Source of the DNA: a virus
Length of the DNA: 64,000 nucleotides
Direction: 5' to 3' (one strand)
Virus record (IMG/VR): IMGVR_UViG_3300015078_000001
Coordinates: 18,468 to 82,467 of that record
The notes under the pieces are model-generated. The model worked only from the letters and a program-made list of their open reading frames with translations. It ran no database searches and was not told the DNA's origin. The position numbers and the translations under genes were made by a program. This document shows, piece by piece, positions 1-9,755 of this stretch. Position 1 is the first letter of the stretch, and each line of letters opens with the position of its first letter.

Positions 1-1165
1 CTGCATTATCCAACCAGGTATCAGTAATACCTTTCTGAAGTCGCTGCTCAGCCCCGATTGTTTTCGCCAAACCTAAAGACCAGAACGCCTCCGGTGTATC
101 CCACCATCCAACTGATAAAAAGGGAATTTTACCATAAGGATTGGGCTGATTACAGATAACTAGTTTCTTCTGCACTACCACAGTGACGTTATCGTTATCC
201 CACCGTTCCAATACTTCTAACGGATGGTTCAAGATATCGGCAGTAGAATCTACGTATCTAGGGTCTGATCTGGAATCGTATAGCGGGTTTCTGGCCGCTG
301 TTTCGTTTATAGCAGGTTGCGCTTCCTCTACAGGAGGCAGGAACCAGCTTAATACTTCTTGTTCAGAAGGTATGTTGTACCCAGGCGTCTGTCTGAGTTT
401 ATCTAAGTCCTTATATGTAAGGTACAGACGGTGTACAACATACTTCGCTTTCTGAATATCCGGAACATTTAATCCGGGATCAATTAAAACTTCCCTGAGA
501 TTAGTTATGTTCTCAAAATAAGGTCGGTCTATGTATTCTTCGTAAGTTACTTCTTCGATGTCTTCATCATTATGAAGATCGAAAGATTTATCCCCGCCTA
601 GCGCACCTAACGGATTAGGTATCTTCAGTGACGGAGTTTTACGTTCGTATATAGTACGTTTTTTTGTATATGTTTCCCATCCCCATTTCCATATACCTGT
701 ACCGAAAAGGATGGCATTACGAACTCCAAGTTCTACCTGGGTTCTGAAATTGATATCTTCTAACTGGTAACCAATAAGTGCGCCGATAGCGCGGGCAGCT
801 TCATCCTTTGTTTTAGGACGCTTCTGAATCATGAACGGAGGGCTTTCGTAAAACAATCCTTGCATGACTTTCGGAACTAATGAGTTAACTGCTATGGCTA
901 CCGTGAAGAAAGGTACATCGGCTCTAGGAGTAGTACTTCCCTCCCAGTATCTGGGAGTAAAAGGACTCTGGTATAGAATAGAAGCTTGAGGATGAAACAA
1001 CAACCAGGCTTTCGTAGCCGAGAAGTTCTCTGCCCGAATAGTATCCATAACTACAAGACGTAACGCCGGATCATCTTCATACGTTCCGGTATTTACCGCG
1101 TGCTGAGCTTCTTCCTGGTTAATCGGAAGATTAGGATCATAAACGGTTTTAGGTATTAGCGACAT
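1..1165 (-). CDS. Portal protein (partial, runs off the window start)
   Basis: Hand-translated open frame from ATG at 1165 (MSLIPKTVYDPN...) that stays in frame to base 1. It contains ILFGTGIWKWGW, LEVLERWD and NPYGKIPF, and lies downstream of the terminase. Confidence 0.7.
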   Translation of the reverse strand, partial: MSLIPKTVYDPNLPINQEEAQHAVNTGTYEDDPALRLVVMDTIRAENFSATKAWLLFHPQASILYQSPFTPRYWEGSTTPRADVPFFTVAIAVNSLVPKVMQGLFYESPPFMIQKRPKTKDEAARAIGALIGYQLEDINFRTQVELGVRNAILFGTGIWKWGWETYTKKRTIYERKTPSLKIPNPLGALGGDKSFDLHNDEDIEEVTYEEYIDRPYFENITNLREVLIDPGLNVPDIQKAKYVVHRLYLTYKDLDKLRQTPGYNIPSEQEVLSWFLPPVEEAQPAINETAARNPLYDSRSDPRYVDSTADILNHPLEVLERWDNDNVTVVVQKKLVICNQPNPYGKIPFLSVGWWDTPEAFWSLGLAKTIGAEQRLQKGITDTWLDNA

Positions 1166-1180
1166 CTATGATCCTTTATC

Positions 1181-1792
1181 TTAGTCTTTTGAAACTAGAC
1201 CGGCCTTCATATTACGAGAAGGAGGGGCACCAACGGTCACGTTATTCTGGGGAACATACTGAACCACGCCTTTTTCCCCGCCGCAGATGTATCCGGTTTG
1301 AAGGTCAATCATTTCGGTGATACCTATCTCACCTGTATCACCTTCACCTTCACCTTGATTGATTCCTATAGAGAAAGCAGCGGCTACTTTTGAACCACGA
1401 TCACCCGGAACAGGAGTCATCGGGCCGTCATCTTCGATATGACGCGGGCCTTCCTGATTGACATTGTATCGGGCTAGTTCGTTCTTTCCGCCAACGGTTC
1501 CGTAAGTCCCGCCTTGTCCGGAAAATGGACTAACCGACTTCACAGGGAAGTCTTTACCTTCAACACGATAAGGGTCTTTCTGATAATCAGACTGACCGAC
1601 TAGTTTATTTTTAGCGGCAAGATCGTCAGAAGTCTGGCCGTGACCAGGAGTGACTTTACCTTTCTTTCCGCCATGCGGCCCCGCATTAACGTCCTCTTCA
1701 GGTTTATAACCTGACGCACCTTTATATACGGGAGTTTTTGGGTCTACGCTGGAACCTTTACCGGCAACGGCAGGTTTAAATGGTGTAATCAT
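1181..1792 (-). CDS. Gly/Pro-rich hypothetical protein between terminase and portal
   Basis: 203-aa ORF, co-oriented and closely packed with its neighbours. Confidence 0.6.
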   Translation of the reverse strand: MITPFKPAVAGKGSSVDPKTPVYKGASGYKPEEDVNAGPHGGKKGKVTPGHGQTSDDLAAKNKLVGQSDYQKDPYRVEGKDFPVKSVSPFSGQGGTYGTVGGKNELARYNVNQEGPRHIEDDGPMTPVPGDRGSKVAAAFSIGINQGEGEGDTGEIGITEMIDLQTGYICGGEKGVVQYVPQNNVTVGAPPSRNMKAGLVSKD

Positions 1793-1806
1793 ATTGTCCT
1801 TTATAT

Positions 1807-3819
1807 TTATAAGGCTCCGAGTATCGCGTCGAGGCCGTGTTCGTTTCTATAATCTGGCTCAGGCTCTACTGAGACTTGCACTATTGGGTTTGGTAATTCT
1901 TCTGAAACTAATTCCATTTCAAATGTATCGGGATTGTGTCTTAAAACATATCCTTTGAACGGAGAAGCCATATTCTGAGAATACGAATCTCCGTATAGTT
2001 CACCAGTAGCGTCAAATACATTCTGCCAGTTACCATCTGACCGACTGTAGTTGTTTAACTGTTGTAGTTGGACTATCTGAGACATCCTCGGAGCATATCT
2101 TATTTGATAAGATATAACATCTGGAATATCCTCATGATGGTGCTTTCCGGTACATTTCTCAAATTCGTCGTACAATACATCTATATTGCCGCCAAGTAAA
2201 TGAGAGACGAAATAAAGCATATCGTTGGTTAGCCAGGGATGCAGTGCCTTAATTCTTGTTTGCTTGGCATCTTTACCCTGATCTGGTTTAACCCAGTCTA
2301 TTCTAGAACATACGTCATATATATCAGGAAGCTTGGTTTTGATAGCTTCTTGCTGGATAGCCATACTAAGGAATTCAGCACCAGCGGATTTTTCAACACC
2401 TATGATAAAGGGCTTATACTTAACAGCAAAGTCCACAACAGCTTTGGCTAACGCCGCAGGTTTGAACTTCGCCCGAATCATATCTATAACAATAGCCTGA
2501 TTCTTGGGATTCCAGATCATACATGATCCGGTAGTCCAGTCTCTGCCTTTTTCCGTACTATATGCAAAATCCCAGAACTGACAAATAGGGCCACTTGTAG
2601 GAATGATAGGATCGTTAAACGGTATAGTGTGCTTCATCATTAAAGCACGATCAAAAACTATATTACTAGCTGACCTTGGGTTCTGGTTCTGCTGGCCTTC
2701 GAATATCTTTTCGTTTTTATTATATTCGTACAAACACCATTCGTATGTATGAAGCTCGGGGAATAGAAGAGTACATCCTTCTTTTCCTGCTTCTGCGTAT
2801 GTAATAGGTCTGTTATCAGCTTCTAGTTTAGCGCGAACTTCGGGTTTGATTACTATACTCTTACCAATAAGAATACGTAATCCACTTTCTTCGTTATCTA
2901 TTAATTCCCAGTTATCACCAACAGTTCTTGTGATCTTACCAATATTCTTTTGAATATCTTCGCCGTACATATCTTCATCGGCGTATCTAGTTCCGATTTT
3001 ATCGGCATATCCGGTAGGAACGAGAGTTTTATGTTTCTGGCTATATCCGGTCGATATCTTTTTACACTGAGTGTCATTATTACTGTTCTGTTCAGAAACT
3101 GAATCATCCGCTTTAATAACTTCATAGTGACCACCTGTACCTGTAGCATCAATAGCATCGGCTCGCACCGTAGGTTCTTTTCTTTTAAGACCCTTCTTTA
3201 CCCACAATGCACACGGACATATAAGTTCATCAGCCTGTCCCGATTGTTTATGGTAGAAGCAGAATTCAGGGAAATAAAGGTTCATCAAACTAGGTTCATC
3301 ATCATTTATAATAAAATGACCCTTAGTTTCTCCAACGAATCCTTCTCCGAGTGGAAGAGTAGCAGTAAGATATAAAATACGTATATCAGGAAAGTTCAAT
3401 ATCCATTGAACAACATCATATCTATCCCAGGCTGATTTACCTGTACCTCTAGGGTATAATATAAGACGCTCTTTACGCCAGTCCTGCTGACCTATAGGTT
3501 TTGTCTTATCTTTCTTGACGAACATATCGCATACCCTGCGGTGTACGTGTTCACAAAAAAAGTTGTCCGTAATCGGTTTACCGACTCCGAAGACATCTGT
3601 ATCCCATAGAAAATATTTACCAAGGAACCATAAATCCTGCTCGCATCTGCGACGAACTTCTTTTACTAGTGGGTACGTGAGCAGGTGTTCTAGTCCATAC
3701 TCTCCCGCTTTTTTAACACTCTCGAAGATATCCGGACGAATTATATAGTCATATAAGTTTTCATCGGTTATATCAGTACCTTTACCTTCGTCCAGAAGTT
3801 CTTCGATATTTTGATCCAT
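1807..3819 (-). CDS. terL: Terminase large subunit
   Basis: Walker A-like LILYPRGTGKS, Walker B-like IKADD, C-terminal nuclease-like FWDFAYS and HHEDIPD; 670 aa; next to the portal. Confidence 0.9.
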   Translation of the reverse strand: MDQNIEELLDEGKGTDITDENLYDYIIRPDIFESVKKAGEYGLEHLLTYPLVKEVRRRCEQDLWFLGKYFLWDTDVFGVGKPITDNFFCEHVHRRVCDMFVKKDKTKPIGQQDWRKERLILYPRGTGKSAWDRYDVVQWILNFPDIRILYLTATLPLGEGFVGETKGHFIINDDEPSLMNLYFPEFCFYHKQSGQADELICPCALWVKKGLKRKEPTVRADAIDATGTGGHYEVIKADDSVSEQNSNNDTQCKKISTGYSQKHKTLVPTGYADKIGTRYADEDMYGEDIQKNIGKITRTVGDNWELIDNEESGLRILIGKSIVIKPEVRAKLEADNRPITYAEAGKEGCTLLFPELHTYEWCLYEYNKNEKIFEGQQNQNPRSASNIVFDRALMMKHTIPFNDPIIPTSGPICQFWDFAYSTEKGRDWTTGSCMIWNPKNQAIVIDMIRAKFKPAALAKAVVDFAVKYKPFIIGVEKSAGAEFLSMAIQQEAIKTKLPDIYDVCSRIDWVKPDQGKDAKQTRIKALHPWLTNDMLYFVSHLLGGNIDVLYDEFEKCTGKHHHEDIPDVISYQIRYAPRMSQIVQLQQLNNYSRSDGNWQNVFDATGELYGDSYSQNMASPFKGYVLRHNPDTFEMELVSEELPNPIVQVSVEPEPDYRNEHGLDAILGAL

Positions 3820-3980
3820 TAAGTAGTTCCGTCTGCCAGTTTCTTAACTGCTTTAGTCAGTCCTTCGGGAGAACTTGATTTAATTTTTAGTTTTATTTTT
3901 GTCTTGGATTTATCTGTTTTCTTAATCTTTTTTGCGTTAATTTTGGTACCTAAAATTCTTTTCGCCGCTGTACGCGCCAT
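3819..3980 (-). CDS. Small Lys-rich basic protein (MARTAAKRILGTK...)
   Basis: Hand-translated 53-aa ORF; its TAA overlaps the terminase ATG (TAATG). Confidence 0.6.
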   Translation of the reverse strand: MARTAAKRILGTKINAKKIKKTDKSKTKIKLKIKSSSPEGLTKAVKKLADGTT

Positions 3981-3987
3981 GCTACTC

Positions 3988-4170
3988 CTACGTAGTAAAT
4001 AGTTTATAAATTATATTGGCTAGGGCTACCATAGCATCGGTAGCTCCGTAATTACCGACAATAAGAAAATCCGTCTTACCTGCCGTATCTAGGGGCAAAG
4101 AAGCGGTTTTAACTTTATCGACACTTACAGCACCGTCATCAGCAATACTTACAACAAACTGAGCTTTCAT
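3988..4170 (-). CDS. Hypothetical protein
   Basis: Short ORF (MKAQFVVSIADDG...) preceded by AAGGA. Confidence 0.5.
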   Translation of the reverse strand: MKAQFVVSIADDGAVSVDKVKTASLPLDTAGKTDFLIVGNYGATDAMVALANIIYKLFTT

Positions 4171-4177
4171 GTTATCC

Positions 4178-5203
4178 TTAAGGAAGAGATTGATATACAA
4201 CAAATGCGTGCTGCCCGGCAGCGTTTGAATCCGTATTAATATTTATAAAATCATTCTGTTTCAAACCGCCGTAATAAGTAGTAATTAACATTGACGGACT
4301 GGTTACACTAGTGCCGCTTCTTATCTGGTTGTTAACGTTTGTTGATCCACCTGCGGGAACCAGATTCATTCCAATTGTTCTGCTTATCCCGGTATTATTA
4401 AAATAGTATATTGTTCCTTTAAGAGGACTTCCTGCGGCTACTCCTTCTACATTAGCCATTAGCTGAAGTCCGTTAGAAGGATTTATAAATAATGTGTTAT
4501 CTCCGGAACTAAAAGTACCTAATCTAGCTACGTTTATATTAGCAGAACTGTCAAATTCTAAAATATATGACCATAAAGATAGTCCGGTATTGTTTGCATT
4601 AACAGCAAAACTTTCTCCGGCGTTCAGAAGCATAGGAACAAGCAGAGAGGTACTGCCTATTGTTCCGGGAGCGGGAGCATTAGACACAAAATCAAAAGTA
4701 GTGTATACTCCGTTTACTTTATACTGAGCAAAACATTGTACAGTAAACGCATTTCCCGTAGGATTGGTGAAAGTAGTTTCAACTACTAAAGCTTTTTTAC
4801 CGGTCGGACACGTATACAAATCTGTTGTTCCTGACGGAAGATTTATAACATTGGCCGTGGATATTACTTTTAGATTAGTAACCGGAAGACCTATAGTTCC
4901 CATAGTTATAGTACTTACGGTTCCTCCGGGAAGAGTAAAGTCCGGTCTGTTATCCGTTATGGTATGTATACCGAGAGCATCCGTAACTATAGTGGCTATA
5001 GGAAGACATCCAGACGTAAACCCAGATGTATTGATTGAAAGGTTTCCTGAACTATTTATAAATATAAAATTAGACGCACTAGGAGTTAGACTAAGAACTG
5101 TTTGAGGAATTAAAGTTGGAGTAGTTCCGACTATAACTATTCCCGCATTTATAGTAATAACAAATCCGCCACCTACTATTATAGGGGCGAGCGGATTTTG
5201 CAA
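4178..5203 (-). CDS. Probable virion structural/fibre-like protein
   Basis: 341 aa, rich in Thr/Ser/Gly/Asn, beta-strand-like composition, in the late module. Confidence 0.5.
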   Translation of the reverse strand: MQNPLAPIIVGGGFVITINAGIVIVGTTPTLIPQTVLSLTPSASNFIFINSSGNLSINTSGFTSGCLPIATIVTDALGIHTITDNRPDFTLPGGTVSTITMGTIGLPVTNLKVISTANVINLPSGTTDLYTCPTGKKALVVETTFTNPTGNAFTVQCFAQYKVNGVYTTFDFVSNAPAPGTIGSTSLLVPMLLNAGESFAVNANNTGLSLWSYILEFDSSANINVARLGTFSSGDNTLFINPSNGLQLMANVEGVAAGSPLKGTIYYFNNTGISRTIGMNLVPAGGSTNVNNQIRSGTSVTSPSMLITTYYGGLKQNDFININTDSNAAGQHAFVVYQSLP

Positions 5204-5213
5204 GTTTAAAATT

Positions 5214-5711
5214 TTAGCCTCCTAGTTTAACTAATTCTGATAGTTCTTTCATCATCTCACTTCGGTGAGTTATATTGGTTACTAAGTCTGAAATTTCTAC
5301 CTGACTTACTTCTGAAAAATGTTTCTTATTTAATGTTTTAGTAAGATACGTAGCGCCGAAGGAAACAGGTTTTGCTTTTATAATCGATACTATTCGTATT
5401 GCCTCAGGATCGGAAAGAAGTTCTAATCTTCGTAAAGCAGTCTGCCTATCAACTAGCAAAGAAGCATCACATAATAATCCCTTTAGCTTTTCTACTAGCG
5501 ATATCTGCGGTACGATATAATCATATACTACGTGAACGTTATAGAAATTGCCTAATACGTTTACCAAACCATCGAAGGTCTGACTCATAAACGGCAATCC
5601 ATTTATAGTGACGGTATACATCTTGTCCATTTCCCGGACATCGAGTTTTCTACCGTCTATAACTATACTAGGATTTTCCTGCATTTTTAGCTTCCGATAA
5701 CGAGATCGCAA
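5214..5711 (-). CDS. Hypothetical protein
   Basis: ORF track; start uncertain. Confidence 0.5.
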   Translation of the reverse strand: MRSRYRKLKMQENPSIVIDGRKLDVREMDKMYTVTINGLPFMSQTFDGLVNVLGNFYNVHVVYDYIVPQISLVEKLKGLLCDASLLVDRQTALRRLELLSDPEAIRIVSIIKAKPVSFGATYLTKTLNKKHFSEVSQVEISDLVTNITHRSEMMKELSELVKLGG

Positions 5712-5850
5712 TGGCCTGAGAACGATCAGTTACTCGCGGGCCTTTCTTAGACCCGCTGCGAAGAGTACCCGCTTTAAATTCCTTCATTACCCGACCGATC
5801 TTTCGTTTGGTTCTTTTAGTACCGAGTACTCTTTTAGCAGCTAGTCTCAC
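5668..5850 (-). CDS. Small basic protein, DUF6496-like
   Basis: RVMKEFKAGTLRSGSKKGPRVTDRSQAIAISLSEA resembles the KVMxEFKxGxLHSGS...QAIAIALSEA family. Confidence 0.6.
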   Translation of the reverse strand: MRLAAKRVLGTKRTKRKIGRVMKEFKAGTLRSGSKKGPRVTDRSQAIAISLSEAKNAGKS

Positions 5851-6152
5851 ATACCGCCCATACCACCACCCATTGCAGCCCCTGGTGAAGGAGAAACAGG
5901 AGGGGCTGCGGGAGGCGGGGTAGACATATGGTCATCCATATGCTGATGAAGGGCGTCCATATCCGGTACGGCGTGTTCTTCATCTTGTGGCGCAGCATCT
6001 TCAGGAGAAGGTTTGAATGAATGTTTAGCTATGAATCCACCGTTAGCTGCGTGACGGATATTCATTTCGTGTACGGGTTTCTTCCCTGCTTTTTTCTTTT
6101 TCTTTTTGGGCTTGCTTCCGCCCATCGTTGTTTGTCCGCGTTTTTCTGCCAT
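5847..6152 (-). CDS. Hypothetical protein (Lys-rich N-terminus, His/Pro-rich C-terminus)
   Basis: 101-aa ORF overlapping the next gene by 4 nt. Confidence 0.6.
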   Translation of the reverse strand: MAEKRGQTTMGGSKPKKKKKKAGKKPVHEMNIRHAANGGFIAKHSFKPSPEDAAPQDEEHAVPDMDALHQHMDDHMSTPPPAAPPVSPSPGAAMGGGMGGM

Positions 6153-6156
6153 ATCC

Positions 6157-6696
6157 TTAATTAACCGCTTCTATTAGTTGTTGTCTCTGTGTCGAAGAAT
6201 TGCTTGTACTACCTGCTGAAAAAGCTACAGTAGTTTGTAAAGTTTGAGCTGCTGTAGAATCCAAAGTACCCACAGTAGCGGTATTAGTATCGCTGAATGT
6301 AGCATCGGCCACACCGGGAGTCGCTCCTAAATCAATTACCATGTTTCCATGACATTCAAAAGCTGCTGCCGCACCCGCCGTTTGTGTAGTAATATAAATG
6401 TTTGCGTTCCAGGAGTTGTTAGTAACAGTTCCGGGGTTTGCGCTGGATGTAGCTGAAAATAATGTTAGCGCGCCTAGTTTTACTTTTATTGTTATAGTTG
6501 CGGTAGACGCAATAGGAGTACTGTATACCCCCGCTATAAATATACGAAAAGTCTTTCCAACAGAGTTTAACAATCCGGCAGTTATACTACCAGACATTAA
6601 GTTTTGGTCGCCTGTGGTATTTGCATTAACAGTAACAGGAGTTACGTTTATACTTACACTGGATTCAGTAGCTGCTGTAGGATTGAATATAGACAT
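6157..6696 (-). CDS. Probable structural protein
   Basis: 179 aa, Thr/Ala-rich, late module. Confidence 0.5.
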   Translation of the reverse strand: MSIFNPTAATESSVSINVTPVTVNANTTGDQNLMSGSITAGLLNSVGKTFRIFIAGVYSTPIASTATITIKVKLGALTLFSATSSANPGTVTNNSWNANIYITTQTAGAAAAFECHGNMVIDLGATPGVADATFSDTNTATVGTLDSTAAQTLQTTVAFSAGSTSNSSTQRQQLIEAVN

Positions 6697-7031
6697 TAGG
6701 TCATCTCTTTAGCAAGATACTGATGGTTAGTTGTTGCAGCAACTATATTAATTTGCTCTACACTACACGGCCCGCTGTCACTGTCGTATGATCCACCGGG
6801 AAGAAGTTCGATACTTCCTCCGGTAGTTGAGCTGGCTCCACCTGTAAAGTTTATAAATAAGTTTTCGGCAGTACCTATTCCCTGACTGGTGGCAGTAGCC
6901 GGATTCTGAATAATCATTCTACGACGACAACCGTTGGCGGGAATCGCAATTTGAGATGTTCCGCCAACGACTATCTTACGAGACCAATCGGTATAAATAC
7001 CGGGAGTTAAATATACTTCATATGTGAGCAT
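6696..7031 (-). CDS. Probable structural protein
   Basis: 111 aa; RRRMIIQN and LFINF motifs; coupled to its neighbour. Confidence 0.45.
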   Translation of the reverse strand: MLTYEVYLTPGIYTDWSRKIVVGGTSQIAIPANGCRRRMIIQNPATATSQGIGTAENLFINFTGGASSTTGGSIELLPGGSYDSDSGPCSVEQINIVAATTNHQYLAKEMT

Positions 7032-7043
7032 CTTACTCCTTAA

Positions 7044-7718
7044 TTAAAGGGCTACTTCTTCCCACAGAAGACGACCAGCTACACTGTGAGTAACAGACGA
7101 TACAGTATTCAGAAGAGCCAAAACACCACCAGGAGGAACAATTAAGTTTCCGTCGAAGTTCTGTACACCATTAACCGAAGGAGTCGGGGTAGCAGCGGCA
7201 ACAGTAGTAGTCAGCAATCCGGATGCTGTGTTAAAATCAGCGGCATCAAAAACCACCAGGTTGTTAACTAACCCGGTCAGCAAACTAGCGGTAGACAAAG
7301 AGAATGCTTTGGCTTGCGAGCCTGTACTAGAAAGTGTTTTACGGTTAAAAGGAGCCAGACCAGCAGACAAGTTAGTATTGTTACCAGTAGAAGCCGCCCA
7401 GACAAACGCGCCGGGAGCGACAGAAGTAACGTTATTAATTTCATCAACCAGCATTGCCTGAAGAATACTAATATTAACGGGAGAGTTGGGAGGATTCCAC
7501 ACACCAACAATCGGCTGTGCAGAAGCGGTCAGAAGGATAGTTGCGGCGGATAGCGCAGTTAACTGGCATCCGATGGAGTACAAATTGCCGCGATAATTCT
7601 GTTCATAAAAACGTCCGTGAAGTTCAGAAACATCCATATCGCCCTGTTTACCAAGACGAACAGACTGAGTTGATCCATCGGAGAATTGCTGCGGGCCTAC
7701 AGTTCCTACAAATAACAT
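7044..7718 (-). CDS. Probable structural protein
   Basis: Start placed at MLFVGTVG (AAGGA RBS); Ala/Thr-rich; ends WEEVAL. Confidence 0.5.
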   Translation of the reverse strand: MLFVGTVGPQQFSDGSTQSVRLGKQGDMDVSELHGRFYEQNYRGNLYSIGCQLTALSAATILLTASAQPIVGVWNPPNSPVNISILQAMLVDEINNVTSVAPGAFVWAASTGNNTNLSAGLAPFNRKTLSSTGSQAKAFSLSTASLLTGLVNNLVVFDAADFNTASGLLTTTVAAATPTPSVNGVQNFDGNLIVPPGGVLALLNTVSSVTHSVAGRLLWEEVAL

Positions 7719-7728
7719 ATTAATTCCT

Positions 7729-7938
7729 TTACGAAATATTTTGCGTAAATTCCTGTTCGTTAAAAACAGAAAGTACATCAAAGTCGTCGGGAACTGCCGA
7801 CCTGTCTTGCGTTGCCATGTGCACAATCGCCAAGCGTATACCACGCAGTTCTACTAAAATTTGTTCTAAAATTTCTTCTGTTTGGGGAGGAAGCTGAACA
7901 AACGGATAAAGTCCATCAGGCATTATGGTCTCCTCCAT
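7729..7938 (-). CDS. Hypothetical protein
   Basis: Short ORF between structural genes; start uncertain. Confidence 0.45.
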   Translation of the reverse strand: MEETIMPDGLYPFVQLPPQTEEILEQILVELRGIRLAIVHMATQDRSAVPDDFDVLSVFNEQEFTQNIS

Positions 7939-8270
7939 ATTGTTAAAGTTCCTGCCGATATAGTTACACTAAAATCTCTCCACTGAAGAGGAACCGTAAA
8001 TTGCCAGTAGGGATCGGCACCCACAAAAGCAGCGGGAGTTGTACTGGCAAAAAGAACAGTGCCGTCTATAGGGTCAGTAACAGTGACGCTAGCCGATGCT
8101 CCGGGAGTTTTCCATAACATCTGATATATCTGAAGACCGAATTGAGCTTTAACAGGGCCTGGATTTTGCAGAGTAGCGGGTAAATTGGAAGTATTTAAAG
8201 TCTGATTGGCTTTCCAGGATACAAACGTTGTATCTATCCTGATGGGCTGACTATTATATGAGTTGGCCAT
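7923..8270 (-). CDS. Probable structural protein
   Basis: 115-aa ORF coupled to its neighbours. Confidence 0.5.
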   Translation of the reverse strand: MANSYNSQPIRIDTTFVSWKANQTLNTSNLPATLQNPGPVKAQFGLQIYQMLWKTPGASASVTVTDPIDGTVLFASTTPAAFVGADPYWQFTVPLQWRDFSVTISAGTLTIWRRP

Positions 8271-8569
8271 TAATCCGTATCCTTTTTCTGTCTGACAAAC
8301 CTACAACAGCCGTGTTCCATATCTATTTCAACACACTTCTCTCCATCATATTCTGTTCGGAGAGATACTAATTTAGGGTCTTTTAACACGGCGGGATGAA
8401 TACAAAAAGGAAGTTCACTTTCATATCCACCTATTCTGTGCAGACAATCCTCGCAATGATAAGGCCCGTCAGTCGCGTATCCGGATACTTTAGTACCTTG
8501 TTCTTTTTGGGTTCCTTTTAAAACAAGAGGAGCCTTTTCAGACTCCTCTCCGAGGATGTTCTTTTTCAT
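8270..8569 (-). CDS. Cys-containing hypothetical protein
   Basis: CxxC and additional Cys residues; 99 aa. Confidence 0.5.
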   Translation of the reverse strand: MKKNILGEESEKAPLVLKGTQKEQGTKVSGYATDGPYHCEDCLHRIGGYESELPFCIHPAVLKDPKLVSLRTEYDGEKCVEIDMEHGCCRFVRQKKDTD

Positions 8570-8585
8570 TTAAGTACCTTATAAA

Positions 8586-9182
8586 CTAGTACTGCTCCAA
8601 CGACAGTTCGATAAGAGTAGTAGAAGTAATACCAGCGGAACAGGTGATCGTAGCAAAGAAAGCCAACTGGCTGGCATTAGTAACTACGGCAGCAGCAACC
8701 AGCGGGTTAGTAGCAGAAAGAGCGGGAGTAACTACAGGAACGGCAGGAGTCGTAATCAGGTTATTATAACTACGTGTCTTAACAGCCATAACTTGCTGTA
8801 GACTGGAATCCCACATAACCATAGCTTCTAGCAATGCGACAGCGGGCTTAGAAGCCACAGCGATAGCACCCGAACCAATTAACAGAACATCAGAAGTAAA
8901 CGTGGTAAGGTTGGTGTTGGTACCTACGTTCCAGTAAATATTGAAGGTAAAGTTACCGGCACCTGTACCGATAGCTTTAGCAATACCTTTAACAAGGAAC
9001 GGATGTCCGTCAAGAAATCCGCCGGCAACATCGTTACCAGGGGCAACTAGTGCTCGAATAGTGGAAAGAGTGGGAGTAGCAGTAATTCCGCCGATACCGT
9101 TAACAGTAGCTACGGCAGTCTCTGTGGTAGAAATAGGGCCGGCGAGGTCTTGGATTTGTGCGAATGTATTTATATTAGCCAT
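8586..9182 (-). CDS. Probable structural protein
   Basis: 198 aa, Ala/Thr/Val-rich; strong AAGGAG RBS. Confidence 0.5.
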   Translation of the reverse strand: MANINTFAQIQDLAGPISTTETAVATVNGIGGITATPTLSTIRALVAPGNDVAGGFLDGHPFLVKGIAKAIGTGAGNFTFNIYWNVGTNTNLTTFTSDVLLIGSGAIAVASKPAVALLEAMVMWDSSLQQVMAVKTRSYNNLITTPAVPVVTPALSATNPLVAAAVVTNASQLAFFATITCSAGITSTTLIELSLEQY

Positions 9183-9595
9183 TTAAGGCTCCTTATTATT
9201 TTATTTATTGTACAGAGAGTCGTTCAGCTAGGCAGAATGTCTCGCTCTTGTCCATTTTCCGGACTTGTGAAGTTCACTAAAGGTAGTACCCGTCCACATT
9301 CTTTGCAAACAAGCCGACCTTCGGGATCGACTGAAAAGAGATGGAAGCACTCACCGTTCATCGTATTTGCTTGTTGTTCCATAATAGTTAATACTAAGGG
9401 GCTTAACGGCGCAATCACTATAGAGTACACGGCGACTTAAGTATCGCCCCTGTCGGCAGAACTGCTGAATCAGACTTATGTTGTCCCTGCCGAATTAAAA
9501 TTGTGCAGAAAGAGATATAAGGGTCTCTTACCGCGATATTACCCCGCCCGTATCCGCTCAGGTGCCAGAGCGCATCCATCAACTAGGATGGAAGA

Positions 9596-9748
9596 TTAAA
9601 CTTTCTTAATCAATGATTTAGCGGAAGCTTCCAGGCTGGTTACCTTAGCAACTGCTTCGTTGTACTTAGCTTCTATTTTACTGTAGTACAGGTAAACAAC
9701 CGTTCCACCCGCAACTACTCCGAGAATAAAGGGAATCAAAAAACTCAT
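9596..9748 (-). CDS. Small membrane protein (holin/spanin-associated candidate)
   Basis: Hand-translated MSFLIPFILGVVAGGTVVYLYY..., 50 aa, one hydrophobic helix, immediately after the spanin-like gene. Confidence 0.5.
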   Translation of the reverse strand: MSFLIPFILGVVAGGTVVYLYYSKIEAKYNEAVAKVTSLEASAKSLIKKV

Positions 9749-9755
9749 AACATCC

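Noticed and set aside
183-9440. Plus-strand ORFs over the late module (for example 4764-5105, 6398-6712, 7228-7461)
   Set aside because: Antisense shadows of longer minus-strand genes with no RBS or recognisable motifs.
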